Virus record (IMG/VR): IMGVR_UViG_3300022848_000011
Location: 1 to 64,000 of that record
From: a virus
DNA length: 64,000 nt
Direction: 5' to 3' (one strand)
Shown: piece by piece, positions 19,528 to 30,156 of the stretch
Layout: each line of letters opens with the position of its first letter
How positions within the stretch are numbered: the first letter of the stretch is position 1
The notes under the pieces: model-generated
Databases searched by the model: none
Told to the model about the DNA's origin: nothing
Seen by the model: only the letters and a program-made list of their open reading frames with translations
Translations under genes and position numbers: made by a program

Positions 19528-21102
19528 ATGAACGAAAACACACCTTCCTATATAAACCCATTTGCTCAAAGTAAGTATTCTAAAAATCCTCCTATCGACA
19601 ATCAAAATTATACTAATCAGGAGTTTTGGTCTCTTAGAGCCAGACTTGTTCAATTCTTACAAGAAAGATTTGGTTCAGAAGGTACTGTGTTACCAAATAC
19701 CTTTAATGATTTCTCTGAAGGTTCTATTGCAGTAATGTTAATAGAAATGAATGCTTTTATAGCTGATTTATTATCCTTTAAAATGGATCAACAATTTGGA
19801 GAAATATACATTGATTCGGTGACAGAACTTGAAAATGCTTTTAGATTAGCTAAACTGGTTGGTTATCAACCAACTCCACCTATTGCTTCACGTAGTCTAT
19901 GGGCAGCTACGTTAAATAGTGTCCAAGACCAAGATGTAACCATCATTTCTGGATTACCTATTGACATCACAGTTGATGAAGGACCAATCACAATCGAATT
20001 ATACCCTGCTGATTCTAGTAATAATCCTATCTTTGATAGAGATATTGTTATTCCAGCAGGTTCTTCAGAAAACACAAGTATTGTTGGATTAGAAGGCAAA
20101 ACGAGAGTTGATGATTTCTCTGCAAATGGTGAAACGTATCAGTCTTATGAATTAGCTAATTCACCAGTCATTTATGACTCGATAAGATTAAGGGTTGATG
20201 GAATCATATGGAATAAAGTTGATTTCTTTTCTGAATCTTCACCAAGGAAAGAATATATGGTAGAATTTGATAGTGAATATAGTGCATTTGTCAAATTTGG
20301 TAATAATAAAGGTGGAATGATACCTTCTTCTGGATCTCAAATATCTATTGAATATAGAATTGGAGGAGGAATAAGAGGTAATATTGTTTCTGGATATATA
20401 GAAACTCAGAGACAAGCTAATGTAACAGGATTAGAATTTTCTATTCCTGTTACATTAAGAAATTACACTAAAGGTGAATATGGTTACGATGGTGATACGA
20501 TTGAGACAATAAAAAGGCAAATACCTGTTTATCTTAAAACCCAAGACAGAGCAGTTACTGGTGAGGATTTCGAGATATTAGCAGATCAATTTGTAACACC
20601 ATACCATGGACAAATCGGCAAATCTACTGCTACTCTAAGACATCATGGCTGTGCTGCAAATATTATTGATTTATATGTGTTGGCAAAACAAGAAAATGGG
20701 GTTTTAGCAAAAGCATCAGATGATTTAAAAACCAAATTATATGATTATATTGATGAACATAAGATGTTGAATCAAACAATTTGTATTAAAGATGGTGAGA
20801 TTCTTGAAGTAGATATTTTTGTGGAAGCAATTACAGATATTTTTTATCGTAAATTTGAACCTGAAATAAGAGAACAAATATTGAGAAGAGTAGACTCCTT
20901 TTTTGATATAAACAATTGGAATTATGGTCAAAATTTGAAATCATCAGAATTAATTAAAGCATTATCAGACTTAGTTAGAGTACAAGATTTTGATCTTAGT
21001 TTTGTAACTAACGATGATTCTAATTCAGGAGATTACGTTTCTTCTAAATTTAATCAAATTATTAGACCAGGATCTTTAACTATATCTCTAACTTACAAGT
21101 AA
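19528..21102 (+). CDS. Baseplate wedge gp6/gpJ-like protein
   Basis: NDFSEGSIAVMLIE, LAKLVGYQP, VKFGNNKGGMIP and QDRAVTGEDFE motifs. Confidence 0.9.
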   Translation: MNENTPSYINPFAQSKYSKNPPIDNQNYTNQEFWSLRARLVQFLQERFGSEGTVLPNTFNDFSEGSIAVMLIEMNAFIADLLSFKMDQQFGEIYIDSVTELENAFRLAKLVGYQPTPPIASRSLWAATLNSVQDQDVTIISGLPIDITVDEGPITIELYPADSSNNPIFDRDIVIPAGSSENTSIVGLEGKTRVDDFSANGETYQSYELANSPVIYDSIRLRVDGIIWNKVDFFSESSPRKEYMVEFDSEYSAFVKFGNNKGGMIPSSGSQISIEYRIGGGIRGNIVSGYIETQRQANVTGLEFSIPVTLRNYTKGEYGYDGDTIETIKRQIPVYLKTQDRAVTGEDFEILADQFVTPYHGQIGKSTATLRHHGCAANIIDLYVLAKQENGVLAKASDDLKTKLYDYIDEHKMLNQTICIKDGEILEVDIFVEAITDIFYRKFEPEIREQILRRVDSFFDINNWNYGQNLKSSELIKALSDLVRVQDFDLSFVTNDDSNSGDYVSSKFNQIIRPGSLTISLTYK

Positions 21103-21103
21103 A

Positions 21104-24100
21104 ATGAATTCAGTATTACATAAAAATGATCCTAAAACTAGTGATGTCATCAGGCTAGAAATTAAAACTTTTGATAGTTATGGCTGTTTGATTACTCCTT
21201 ATAAAATAAATAACTTAAAAGTATCTTTTATAGAAAGAATACCTGGGGGTATTAATATATCTTCCTATCAAGACCATTATTATGATCCTACTTTAGAAAA
21301 AGAATTTAATGATTACAAAGATATAGTTTGTGAAGCTTTAGAAGAAAATACTCCAGAAGCCATTAGCGACAAAATTGCAGAATTAGAAAGAATAAAAAAC
21401 AAACTCGAAGATAGTAAATCAACACAAGAATGGTATTATAACTCGGTTTCAAATGTTATCAATTTAGGTTTAGAAAACCCAGCTTGGCTAGATTTGAATC
21501 AGGTGCCTAGTTTAGAACAATCTTCTGTAGCAAATAATAATGTGTTGTCACAATCAGATGTGGGCGTTTTTTACTTTGACTGGAATAGTGATTTTAGAAA
21601 AGAAGGAGATTATTTTCTAACATGGGAATGGCAACCTTTAATTGCTGGAGATACTCTATTTGGTCACGAAAAATTCACAGTTTTCCCAGATAATAAACTT
21701 ACAGTTTCTAATCCTAAGAAAACCGTACCTGATGATAAATATGATATGTTGATGGAAAGATATCTTCCAAAACACATTTTAGAAAAATTTTCTTCTAACG
21801 ATTTAAGTGCAGAGGTAATAACAGAATACAACAAAGCGGTTGGTAAATTATTTCTATTCTTAGACAATCAAGCTAATCAATTATTAGGAATGATTGACCC
21901 TAATTCTACCAATGAAGAATATCTACCTTTATTAGCTAATTTATTTAACATTAAATTAAAATCACAAGATCCTGTAAGATGGAAAGCACAAATAAAAACA
22001 GCTATACCTCTATTTAAAAAGAAAGGTACATTATCTTGTCTTAAATCTAATTTAGATTATGCTGGAATGAGATTAGTAAAATTTACCAATCTTTGGCAAA
22101 TTAAGTCTAAATATTCTTGTCAAGAAAAATTCACGTATCTTACGAACGAATTTAAACTCAAATACGAACCTATCTTACCACTAAATCAAGATGTTTTTAA
22201 ACTTTTTATTGAATTAGAAGATGGTTCTTGGAACGAATTAACATCTGATTATATTAATGTTAATTCAGATGGGACTTTCGAATGGATCGGAGATTCATTG
22301 AATGAAGACCCAATACAATTAAAACTAAATGACAATATTCGTATAATATATCAACATACTGAATATCCAAATTATGAAGAAGAAACTATTGATTTATACA
22401 CATTGTCATTACCTATATCAGACACACGATCAAGTATTGATCAAGAATTTCCTCCTATCGACTGGAATACAAGGGTTATAGAAGAGAATGATGCAATGTT
22501 CGACATTATCATCAATGAAAAACATCCTTTTTTTGACTATTTTCCTTTCGGTAAAATTAGGACTAAATTTCCGTATTCAGAAAATGCTTATAACATGGAA
22601 GAGTACAATGGTTCATTAAGAGATTCTTTTAATGCATGTGACATAGATAAGTATTTCACTGAACCTTGTTATCACTGTTTGTCTAGTAAATATAACATAG
22701 AAGTGGAAATCGAAGAACTATCAGATGATAAAATTATAGAATTTACAAAAATACTGGAAGAAAATGTACCATTTCATCTTTTGCCACATACAATTAGACT
22801 TCATAGTTCTTTTCAAGATTTTATTAATGTTCAAGATAAGTCTTTAGATTATATTTTTAAATATAATATTAAAGATACTTTATTGATAAGCTCTCAATAT
22901 AAATTCATGAGATCAATACCTTTCCAAGAGGCTAACGACAACTTCAAAAGAAATATCATTAGTAATATGGAATTGGAACTTGGACCAATAAATGTAAGTA
23001 TAAAAAATAACGAAATCATATTAGTTTGTCCTGGAACTAGCACAACAGATGATATTTTTAATAATAAAGGTAATTATAAAAATTTGCAAGAATTAGGTAT
23101 AAATTTATCTACAACAAATTCTACAATACAAAATAATTCTAATATATTAGAAATAAAGAGTCCAAGTGTATTAGCTGGGAGTTACACATTGGATAATGTT
23201 ATTAATAGTACAGCAACTATCATTAATCCAACCTTTGCGGAACCAGTAGATGAGTCTCAATTTGTTTTTAAAATTTCCAATAAAATTATTTCATCTAGTA
23301 CTAGTAACATCACTCAAATAAAAACATTTAATTTAAGTGATAAAAATTTTAATCATGAGAAATATTCAGTTGTGACACAATGGGATATAGATAAAGGTCA
23401 TTCATCAGATTCTGTATGGGAAGTTAGAATTGGTATAAACAGTTTTGAAATAATTAACGTTAATCAAAATGGTCAAATATTAATCAAAGATACTGGTGTT
23501 TTGTCTAATTCCAACCAAACAAATGTTTCTTGGGTTTTGTTAGATAGTAATAATGAAGAAGTATTTCAAGGATTACAAGGAGAAATAAAAGTAGATTTTT
23601 TCGGAGAAATTGAACTAGATTCTAATAATTTTTTTAATATCACAGATGTCAAAAATATTCTTAAATTAAACGATGAATTAAAGTATAATTCTAATAATTA
23701 TAAAATTATCAAATTTTTAGATGCTGAGAAAGTGTTGGTATCTAACTATAATTCTGGTGATGCTTTAGGGGTTGCCGTTGATGTATATCGTTGTTTAGCC
23801 GATAATTTAATTGGGAAATTGGAATACAAGGGACAAAAAATTCATAGTCCTTTAAATTTAGAATCAATTTTAAATATACAAAATGGAGCAAATCCCCCAG
23901 TACAGCCTATTCGCAATTCTAATAAAGAAAATTATTTGATACTTCTAGGATCACAAAGTCCTGATTTAAATGATGAAACTTATGATTATTACTATATTAA
24001 AGATATAGATAATAATGATGTTGAAGTTGGTGGACCGAATAAAATTTGGACTCTTTCTAATCAAAACGTTATTTGCAGAATTTATAAATTCACAAAAGAG

Positions 24101-24358
24101 GATGTAGAAGTGTTCGAAAGAGAAAAACCGCCGATTGAAGGTCATATCTTTGATGATATAGAAGGTTTGCCTAAAGGGGTTGATAGATCATCTAGTAATG
24201 TAATTAAAATTGATTCTATCAATACAGTAAGTATGCTTAGTGATGTTCTGAATAAGAATGATAAGGTCGAAGGTCAAAATGATTACTTAGAGCTTAATGA
24301 ATCAATTAGTTTTAAAATAGAATATGATGATGGGAAAATACAAGAAGGTGAAATTTAA
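21104..24358 (+). CDS. Large baseplate wedge protein (gp7/P2 gpI-like domain)
   Basis: IDPNSTNEEYLPLLANL...AIPLFKKKGT gpI-like motif. Follows gp6. Confidence 0.72.
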   Translation: MNSVLHKNDPKTSDVIRLEIKTFDSYGCLITPYKINNLKVSFIERIPGGINISSYQDHYYDPTLEKEFNDYKDIVCEALEENTPEAISDKIAELERIKNKLEDSKSTQEWYYNSVSNVINLGLENPAWLDLNQVPSLEQSSVANNNVLSQSDVGVFYFDWNSDFRKEGDYFLTWEWQPLIAGDTLFGHEKFTVFPDNKLTVSNPKKTVPDDKYDMLMERYLPKHILEKFSSNDLSAEVITEYNKAVGKLFLFLDNQANQLLGMIDPNSTNEEYLPLLANLFNIKLKSQDPVRWKAQIKTAIPLFKKKGTLSCLKSNLDYAGMRLVKFTNLWQIKSKYSCQEKFTYLTNEFKLKYEPILPLNQDVFKLFIELEDGSWNELTSDYINVNSDGTFEWIGDSLNEDPIQLKLNDNIRIIYQHTEYPNYEEETIDLYTLSLPISDTRSSIDQEFPPIDWNTRVIEENDAMFDIIINEKHPFFDYFPFGKIRTKFPYSENAYNMEEYNGSLRDSFNACDIDKYFTEPCYHCLSSKYNIEVEIEELSDDKIIEFTKILEENVPFHLLPHTIRLHSSFQDFINVQDKSLDYIFKYNIKDTLLISSQYKFMRSIPFQEANDNFKRNIISNMELELGPINVSIKNNEIILVCPGTSTTDDIFNNKGNYKNLQELGINLSTTNSTIQNNSNILEIKSPSVLAGSYTLDNVINSTATIINPTFAEPVDESQFVFKISNKIISSSTSNITQIKTFNLSDKNFNHEKYSVVTQWDIDKGHSSDSVWEVRIGINSFEIINVNQNGQILIKDTGVLSNSNQTNVSWVLLDSNNEEVFQGLQGEIKVDFFGEIELDSNNFFNITDVKNILKLNDELKYNSNNYKIIKFLDAEKVLVSNYNSGDALGVAVDVYRCLADNLIGKLEYKGQKIHSPLNLESILNIQNGANPPVQPIRNSNKENYLILLGSQSPDLNDETYDYYYIKDIDNNDVEVGGPNKIWTLSNQNVICRIYKFTKEDVEVFEREKPPIEGHIFDDIEGLPKGVDRSSSNVIKIDSINTVSMLSDVLNKNDKVEGQNDYLELNESISFKIEYDDGKIQEGEI

Positions 24359-24828
24359 TGATATCAACAATTGAAACAAAAGGTTTCGTAGATGTTACCA
24401 TCCAATATGATGATGGGACAACAGAAGTTTCCAACTTTACTAATGCAGTTATGGTTAATGGAAAGTTAGCTATTAGTAAGATTCTACTAAACCAAATAGG
24501 TGATGTAAATAGTTTCTTTATAAATAGGATGCTCTTCGGGGATGGTGGTAGAAATGGTGGAGTTCCACGTATTATTAACTCCACTAATAATAACCTATAT
24601 GGAACTGTTAGGGTTGTGAAACCAGTGTCTTCATCGGTTAACCCAAATGATGCTACAGAAATAAGATTTTCTTCCACTTTAGGAAAAGAGGATGGAAATG
24701 GAATACATATAGATGAGTTAGCATTACAAATGGAAAATGGCGATTTGTTTAGTATGACTACATGGAGCGGATTTACTAAAACAAATAACATGCAAATCAC
24801 ATTTGGTTGGAAAATAGTACTTTTATAG
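24358..24828 (+). CDS. Baseplate/tail-fibre attachment protein
   Basis: NAVMVNGKLAISKIL...GNGIHIDELAL...FTKT...ITFGWKI resembles fibre-proximal (gpH N-terminal-like) domains. Confidence 0.6.
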   Translation: MISTIETKGFVDVTIQYDDGTTEVSNFTNAVMVNGKLAISKILLNQIGDVNSFFINRMLFGDGGRNGGVPRIINSTNNNLYGTVRVVKPVSSSVNPNDATEIRFSSTLGKEDGNGIHIDELALQMENGDLFSMTTWSGFTKTNNMQITFGWKIVLL

Positions 24829-24837
24829 GGGAAATAA

Positions 24838-25626
24838 ATGCCAGATTTATCTAATTTAGACGATTCTTTTTATAAGCCAGAAGATCCTTATCATTTTCAT
24901 TACGATAACCTACCAATAAAAAGTTTATTGGAGAAAATTCAATTAATTAATGCTCAAACTGATATTAATGCTAATATTTTAAGAGGGTCAAATGGAAGTG
25001 TAGGCAGTTTGTCTATTCGGTTAAATGAATCATTGGAAGGTGATGGACGTTTAAAAACAGAAGCAGTCAATAATTCATTACATAATATTGCTTTCCATGA
25101 AGATGGAGAGAAAGATGGTGTTGATTATGTTAAAATGAAACTTGAAGAGAGATCTAAATTATCATTAATTGAGAGTGGTGCAAATAATTTAACTATAGAA
25201 ATTGAATCAATTTCATCAACTCCATTAATAAGCACTGGGCTGTTAAGATTAAAGACAACAGACACTATTAATTATAATTACACTCAAAGTGGATTAGAAA
25301 TTAATACTAACTTTCCTGTTAATTCTGCTCATATACATAACTATAATAAAGAACCAGTTCATGCCAATGTGTCAACCCCTGACTATAAAAACTATAAAGT
25401 CAATTCTATCAGTTCAGATTATATTGCTGGGAGTCTTAGAGTATATGTAAATGGCATAAGATTAAATTCAACCGATCCCGTTAGAGTACCAGAAGCAGAT
25501 GATGTCAATATTTGGACTTTGACTTATATAGAATCAGAAAATAACACAAGTGGTACATTTTCTTTTAATAGAACTTTAAAATCAAGTGATATAATTTGCA
25601 TTGATTTTGACGAAAATTATCTATGA
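24838..25626 (+). CDS. Tail-associated structural protein
   Basis: Context, plus C-terminal GSLRVYVNGIRL...DIICIDF beta module. Confidence 0.55.
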   Translation: MPDLSNLDDSFYKPEDPYHFHYDNLPIKSLLEKIQLINAQTDINANILRGSNGSVGSLSIRLNESLEGDGRLKTEAVNNSLHNIAFHEDGEKDGVDYVKMKLEERSKLSLIESGANNLTIEIESISSTPLISTGLLRLKTTDTINYNYTQSGLEINTNFPVNSAHIHNYNKEPVHANVSTPDYKNYKVNSISSDYIAGSLRVYVNGIRLNSTDPVRVPEADDVNIWTLTYIESENNTSGTFSFNRTLKSSDIICIDFDENYL

Positions 25627-26162
25627 CAGACCCCCAATTTTTAATTATTTCTCCTGAAATCAACACTGGATTAATCAAAACAACTGTTAGTTCTTTAAAA
25701 TTCAGGTATAAAAACCCTAGAGTTCTTTGCTCCGTACCTGAATCTGCTATAAAAAATGATATTAATTTTATCAAAACATTATGCCCTGTAATTCGTGGCA
25801 AAAACACAATAACTTCTTTAATAAATACTGGTGTTAGTCGTATGAAAAAAGATTGGATTGTGTGGATAGTAGAAGGTGCTGTAGTAAAATGCCCATTTCA
25901 TCTGAAATATCATAATTGGTTAGCTAGTGAGAACGACATTTTCTTTCCAGTAGGTTTACAGCATAATAGACATGGTAAACCTATCAATATTACTACTTGT
26001 TTTGAAAATTCAAGTTTAAATGGAGTAATGTTTCATAAACAGATCTTTAATAGAGTAGGTAAATTCTCAGATAATCCTTTAGAAATATCTAGAACGGTCT
26101 GGCGTCAGGAAGCTGAATCGAAGGGTGGTATATTCAAAGGAGTTTTAGGGGTAAGAATATGA
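25623..26162 (+). CDS. Hypothetical protein, possible degenerate GT-A fold
   Basis: ITSLINTGV...DWIVWI...GVMFHKQIFNRVGKF resembles GT2 elements. No DxD. Confidence 0.4.
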   Translation: MTDPQFLIISPEINTGLIKTTVSSLKFRYKNPRVLCSVPESAIKNDINFIKTLCPVIRGKNTITSLINTGVSRMKKDWIVWIVEGAVVKCPFHLKYHNWLASENDIFFPVGLQHNRHGKPINITTCFENSSLNGVMFHKQIFNRVGKFSDNPLEISRTVWRQEAESKGGIFKGVLGVRI

Positions 26163-26854
26163 ACGAAATATTTGATCAGGCAACATCCATATTAGATAAA
26201 ACAAAACAAAAAAATAGACACTCTTTATTTCAGTTGCGATATTTTATATTAGAAACAGAACCTACTATACAAGCCAAAATGATGAAATGTATAGAAGAAA
26301 TAAAATCTCGACATTCAACACTCATGAATTTAAAATGGGGAATTGAAGAACAACAGGATAATATTAGGTTATCTGAATTAGAACTACAACAAAATAAAAA
26401 TAATAAATCTGTAGACTCTATACAAGATGAAATTAACAAAATTATTAATAATAAAACTAAACGTAAAATTGAAAAATTAAAAGATGATTTAAAAAATTTA
26501 TATAACACAAAATTAAGTTGTGAAGAAGAATTAAGTTTTTTTGTAAGTGCTTTTAATAAAATGAACGAAAAACATGATTTGCGTGATTTAGATGATTTTG
26601 ATTCTAATTTAGAACTTTGGGACAATAAATATAAAGAAGACTTAAGCCTTTCATTCCTAGTAAATAAACCTATAAGTAATGAAGTAATACGTTGTATATT
26701 AGCCCTTCCAGATAAATCAAAAACCAAAAAAGAATTAAATTCTTTAATTAAAGCTAAATCATTAGACAATGATATAGAAAGTGCTAAAAAAATTGAAAAT
26801 GGAGAAGAATCATGCCAAATAAAATCGCATCAACAGATAAAGATTACTCAATAG
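26159..26854 (+). CDS. Coiled-coil hypothetical protein
   Basis: 231-aa coupled ORF, heptad-rich. Confidence 0.65.
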   Translation: MNEIFDQATSILDKTKQKNRHSLFQLRYFILETEPTIQAKMMKCIEEIKSRHSTLMNLKWGIEEQQDNIRLSELELQQNKNNKSVDSIQDEINKIINNKTKRKIEKLKDDLKNLYNTKLSCEEELSFFVSAFNKMNEKHDLRDLDDFDSNLELWDNKYKEDLSLSFLVNKPISNEVIRCILALPDKSKTKKELNSLIKAKSLDNDIESAKKIENGEESCQIKSHQQIKITQ

Positions 26855-27855
26855 GTGATTTATCTGTTTTCCCAGATCAAATAGATAGCACTAGAGAATT
26901 ATATGAAGTAAGAAATAACGCTGAATCTAATCTAAAACAAAGTGTTTCTTATGATACAAAATATATAATTCTAGAAAATGGAAGTAATTTTCCATCACAT
27001 GGAATTATCAAAATAGGGGAAACAAATCATCCTGGGGAATTAGTACACTATCAATTACGACAAGGTAATGTATTAAAGGAACTAACTAGAGGTTTCGCAG
27101 GCTCAAGACAAAATCCATGGCAAAGCGGGACACCAGTTAAAAACTCTGTAAGTGCTGAAACACATAATGCTGTTAGAGATGCTATCTATAATATCCAAAA
27201 TAAAAGTGGAACTAGTTATAAACCAGCAGATGGTTCTGTAAATAAATTACTAAAAGATGCAGAAATTAAATATTTGGCTCCCAAGGCACAATTTAGAGCA
27301 TTTCCTAAAAAAGGTAGCCCACCACTGACTGTTAGGTTTCAAAGTACTTCTTCAGGAGATATTGCTCGTTATCTTTGGGATTTTGGCGATGGTTCTCAAT
27401 CAATAGACAAAAACCCTTTTCATGTATATAGAACAGAAGGCATCTTTACAGTTAAACTAAGTGTAGTCACAAGCACAGGAGCTAACGGGATTACTAAAAA
27501 AATAGATTATATTGATGTTTCGGATGATGAAAAATTTAAGTTTTTCTATCTTATCCAACAAGATCAAACAAAGCCAGCATACTCAGAAAAAACAGCTTCA
27601 GAAAAAATATTATCTGGTGAAGATGTTAACGCAGAACCAGCAATCTTTGATTTTGTGGATCAAACTGACGGAGATATTACTCAAAGAATATGGATATTCG
27701 GAGATGGAGAAATAGAAACAGTAGATGATCCATCAATTCATTACACATCACATGTATATAAAAATCCTGGTAACTATGAACCTAATTTGTTACTCGTTTT
27801 TTCTTCAGATAATACTAAGAGAATTTTTTTACAAGACAACATATTGGTAGAATAA
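26812..27855 (+). CDS. PKD-domain virion protein (fibre-like paralogue 1)
   Basis: PLTVRFQSTS...YLWDFGDG...HVYRTEG and a second WIFGDG...HVYKNPG. Confidence 0.85.
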   Translation: MPNKIASTDKDYSIGDLSVFPDQIDSTRELYEVRNNAESNLKQSVSYDTKYIILENGSNFPSHGIIKIGETNHPGELVHYQLRQGNVLKELTRGFAGSRQNPWQSGTPVKNSVSAETHNAVRDAIYNIQNKSGTSYKPADGSVNKLLKDAEIKYLAPKAQFRAFPKKGSPPLTVRFQSTSSGDIARYLWDFGDGSQSIDKNPFHVYRTEGIFTVKLSVVTSTGANGITKKIDYIDVSDDEKFKFFYLIQQDQTKPAYSEKTASEKILSGEDVNAEPAIFDFVDQTDGDITQRIWIFGDGEIETVDDPSIHYTSHVYKNPGNYEPNLLLVFSSDNTKRIFLQDNILVE

Positions 27856-30137
27856 TGACAGATATAGGAAAAACTAAGTATCCAAAACAAATTGATGATG
27901 ACACCAATTTGTTTTTAGTACATGATGGTCTAAAATTAAATTTAGCAATTGATTATACTCCTGGAGATAACTCCATAGCTGTTTCTGGCGATGAAGCTAT
28001 TTTTAATAGATTTCCTTCGTCTGGAATTATTACATTAACAGAACAATACTCCGAACCCAAAGAAAGAGCAATAAGTTTTTTTTATGAATCCAAAGGTGAT
28101 TTATTGTTTAATCAAATACAATTAATCCCAGGATTCAAAGATGTAAAAAAAATAGCAGATCATACTACTGTTACAATGAATGTGTATGACATGCATCATA
28201 ATTCTCTTAAAGATGCCTTAATTGCCACACAGAACTTTATAGGAATCGAAGGTCAAATTGACAACGCACCATTTGGTGGCACACTAGAAGGTCGTTTAAA
28301 CTTTTTGAAAAAGCTTGTGTATTCTCCTAAAGCATGGTTCTCAGTCAATAACCAAATTGGTATTGTTCCTTTCTGTGTCACTTTCAAAGATGAAAGTTTT
28401 AGATTAGGTGAAGGAGATGTTCAATATCATTGGTCATTTGGTAATGGAGAAGAATTTGACAATAACCCCTCTACTCATGTAATTTCTGCAACAGACCTTG
28501 TTCCCGAAAGTAATATATCAAATATACCTATAGAGGTATTAGATGAAGATGGTGGAACAATAACAAAATGTTATTCGGAACCAGGAGTTTTTGATGTTAA
28601 ATTAAGAGTTTCTAACGAATATGGGGAAGATATAGTAGAATTCAAAAATCTTATTATTGCCAAAGTAGAAGCCCCAAAATTAGCTAAATTTAAAATCAAA
28701 CCTAGATCTACACAATTATCTTATAACGATCCTCTAAAAATTAGGACTAAAACAAATATATTTGTAGATTTGGAATTAGAAAACGGAGAAGATCCTAATA
28801 ATTTAGGATATTCTTTAAGAGGAGAGAAGTTGGATGATAGTAAAAATCCAATTGATCCTATCATAGAATATACATGGGACATTGCTGATGATGTGAATCA
28901 CAGAAACTTGCCAATAACTAAAGCTTTATTTTCAGTTGGCGGTATTTATGATGTTTCTGTACGTGTTGATACTAAATTTAATAGTTATAGAATTACAAAA
29001 TATGATAATGTAATTGATGTTATAGAAGATACTAATCTATGGTTGTGGAATTTTACCAATTATAACGAGAATTCTTCAGGAGTCGTAAAAGGATATGAAT
29101 TTGGTTTAGCAAGCGAAACATTCAAGACTCTAGGAAATCAATCTTTGGTAATAAATAGAGATAACTCTTTTTTAGATTATCTGAGTGATAATACCTACGA
29201 AGATGGTACAGAAGCTAAGGCTAAATATGAATTTGACAGAAATACAAACTTCACCCGAAAAGGAAGCTTGAGTTCAGGCAATAATGGCATTAATTTAATG
29301 ATGTATTCTTCAGGAGGTGATTTGAATTCTCAAAAAGTTAAAATAAATCAATATAACGGTTTTTCTGATGTTTACTCCAATGTAGATGATGTTAACAATA
29401 AACCCTGGAATTGGATAGCTTTAAATTCTGCTAGCAATACTCATTTTTTGCTTGGAACTGGGGAATTGTCGACGAATAATTTTGAAAATGATGTTGTTGA
29501 CGAAATGCAACAATTTAATTTATCTGCCTTAGTAGCGACTAGCCCTAAACAATTAAACAGCACTTATTTTGAAAATGGAGCAGAAGATCTCTTAAGAAAC
29601 GTATCTGTATTTAACTCAAGTGGTATTCCTGTTAATGGTTATTTTTCATCTTACAGAAGTGCATGGAAAGATAATTCTGGCTATATATTAAAAAATAGTG
29701 GTGTTAACAACTTCTTTAGGTTAGCGAGTTTTTATAAAACAAATGGATCTGTAGTAAACGAGATTAACACAATAACTAAACTAAACGATTTATCTGGCAG
29801 AACCGTACTGGAAGGTCAATTAGTACCTATGAATAGCGGTTTATTTTTCTTTAATAACTCTGGTCAGGTTTCAGCTTGGAATATTAATTCAAATGTTTGG
29901 GAAACGCTTCGACAAAGCTCTGCCACTCTTGCATTTAGATCTTTACAAGATTCAAATGTTTCATCTTTTGATAATGAATCTAATACTCTTTTGGTAGCTT
30001 CTGATAATAATTCAATGGCTTATCTTAGTTATGATTATAGCGAATCTTCTTTTATAAAATTTAATTTAACTAATAAAACGTTTTCTAGTGCAGGGGGAAG
30101 ACCAATTGGTAAACAGTTTATGATGGGAATATTCTAA
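27855..30137 (+). CDS. PKD-domain virion protein (fibre-like paralogue 2)
   Basis: PFCVTFKDES...WSFGNG...YSEPGVFDVKLRVSN. N-terminal domain shared with its neighbours. Confidence 0.8.
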   Translation: MTDIGKTKYPKQIDDDTNLFLVHDGLKLNLAIDYTPGDNSIAVSGDEAIFNRFPSSGIITLTEQYSEPKERAISFFYESKGDLLFNQIQLIPGFKDVKKIADHTTVTMNVYDMHHNSLKDALIATQNFIGIEGQIDNAPFGGTLEGRLNFLKKLVYSPKAWFSVNNQIGIVPFCVTFKDESFRLGEGDVQYHWSFGNGEEFDNNPSTHVISATDLVPESNISNIPIEVLDEDGGTITKCYSEPGVFDVKLRVSNEYGEDIVEFKNLIIAKVEAPKLAKFKIKPRSTQLSYNDPLKIRTKTNIFVDLELENGEDPNNLGYSLRGEKLDDSKNPIDPIIEYTWDIADDVNHRNLPITKALFSVGGIYDVSVRVDTKFNSYRITKYDNVIDVIEDTNLWLWNFTNYNENSSGVVKGYEFGLASETFKTLGNQSLVINRDNSFLDYLSDNTYEDGTEAKAKYEFDRNTNFTRKGSLSSGNNGINLMMYSSGGDLNSQKVKINQYNGFSDVYSNVDDVNNKPWNWIALNSASNTHFLLGTGELSTNNFENDVVDEMQQFNLSALVATSPKQLNSTYFENGAEDLLRNVSVFNSSGIPVNGYFSSYRSAWKDNSGYILKNSGVNNFFRLASFYKTNGSVVNEINTITKLNDLSGRTVLEGQLVPMNSGLFFFNNSGQVSAWNINSNVWETLRQSSATLAFRSLQDSNVSSFDNESNTLLVASDNNSMAYLSYDYSESSFIKFNLTNKTFSSAGGRPIGKQFMMGIF

Positions 30138-30156
30138 ATACATTTGAGGACTTAAC

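Noticed and set aside
14717-24358. Bacterial contractile injection system (eCIS/T6SS/tailocin)
   Set aside because: Terminase, portal, protease, scaffold, capsid and primase in the same window indicate a genuine phage.
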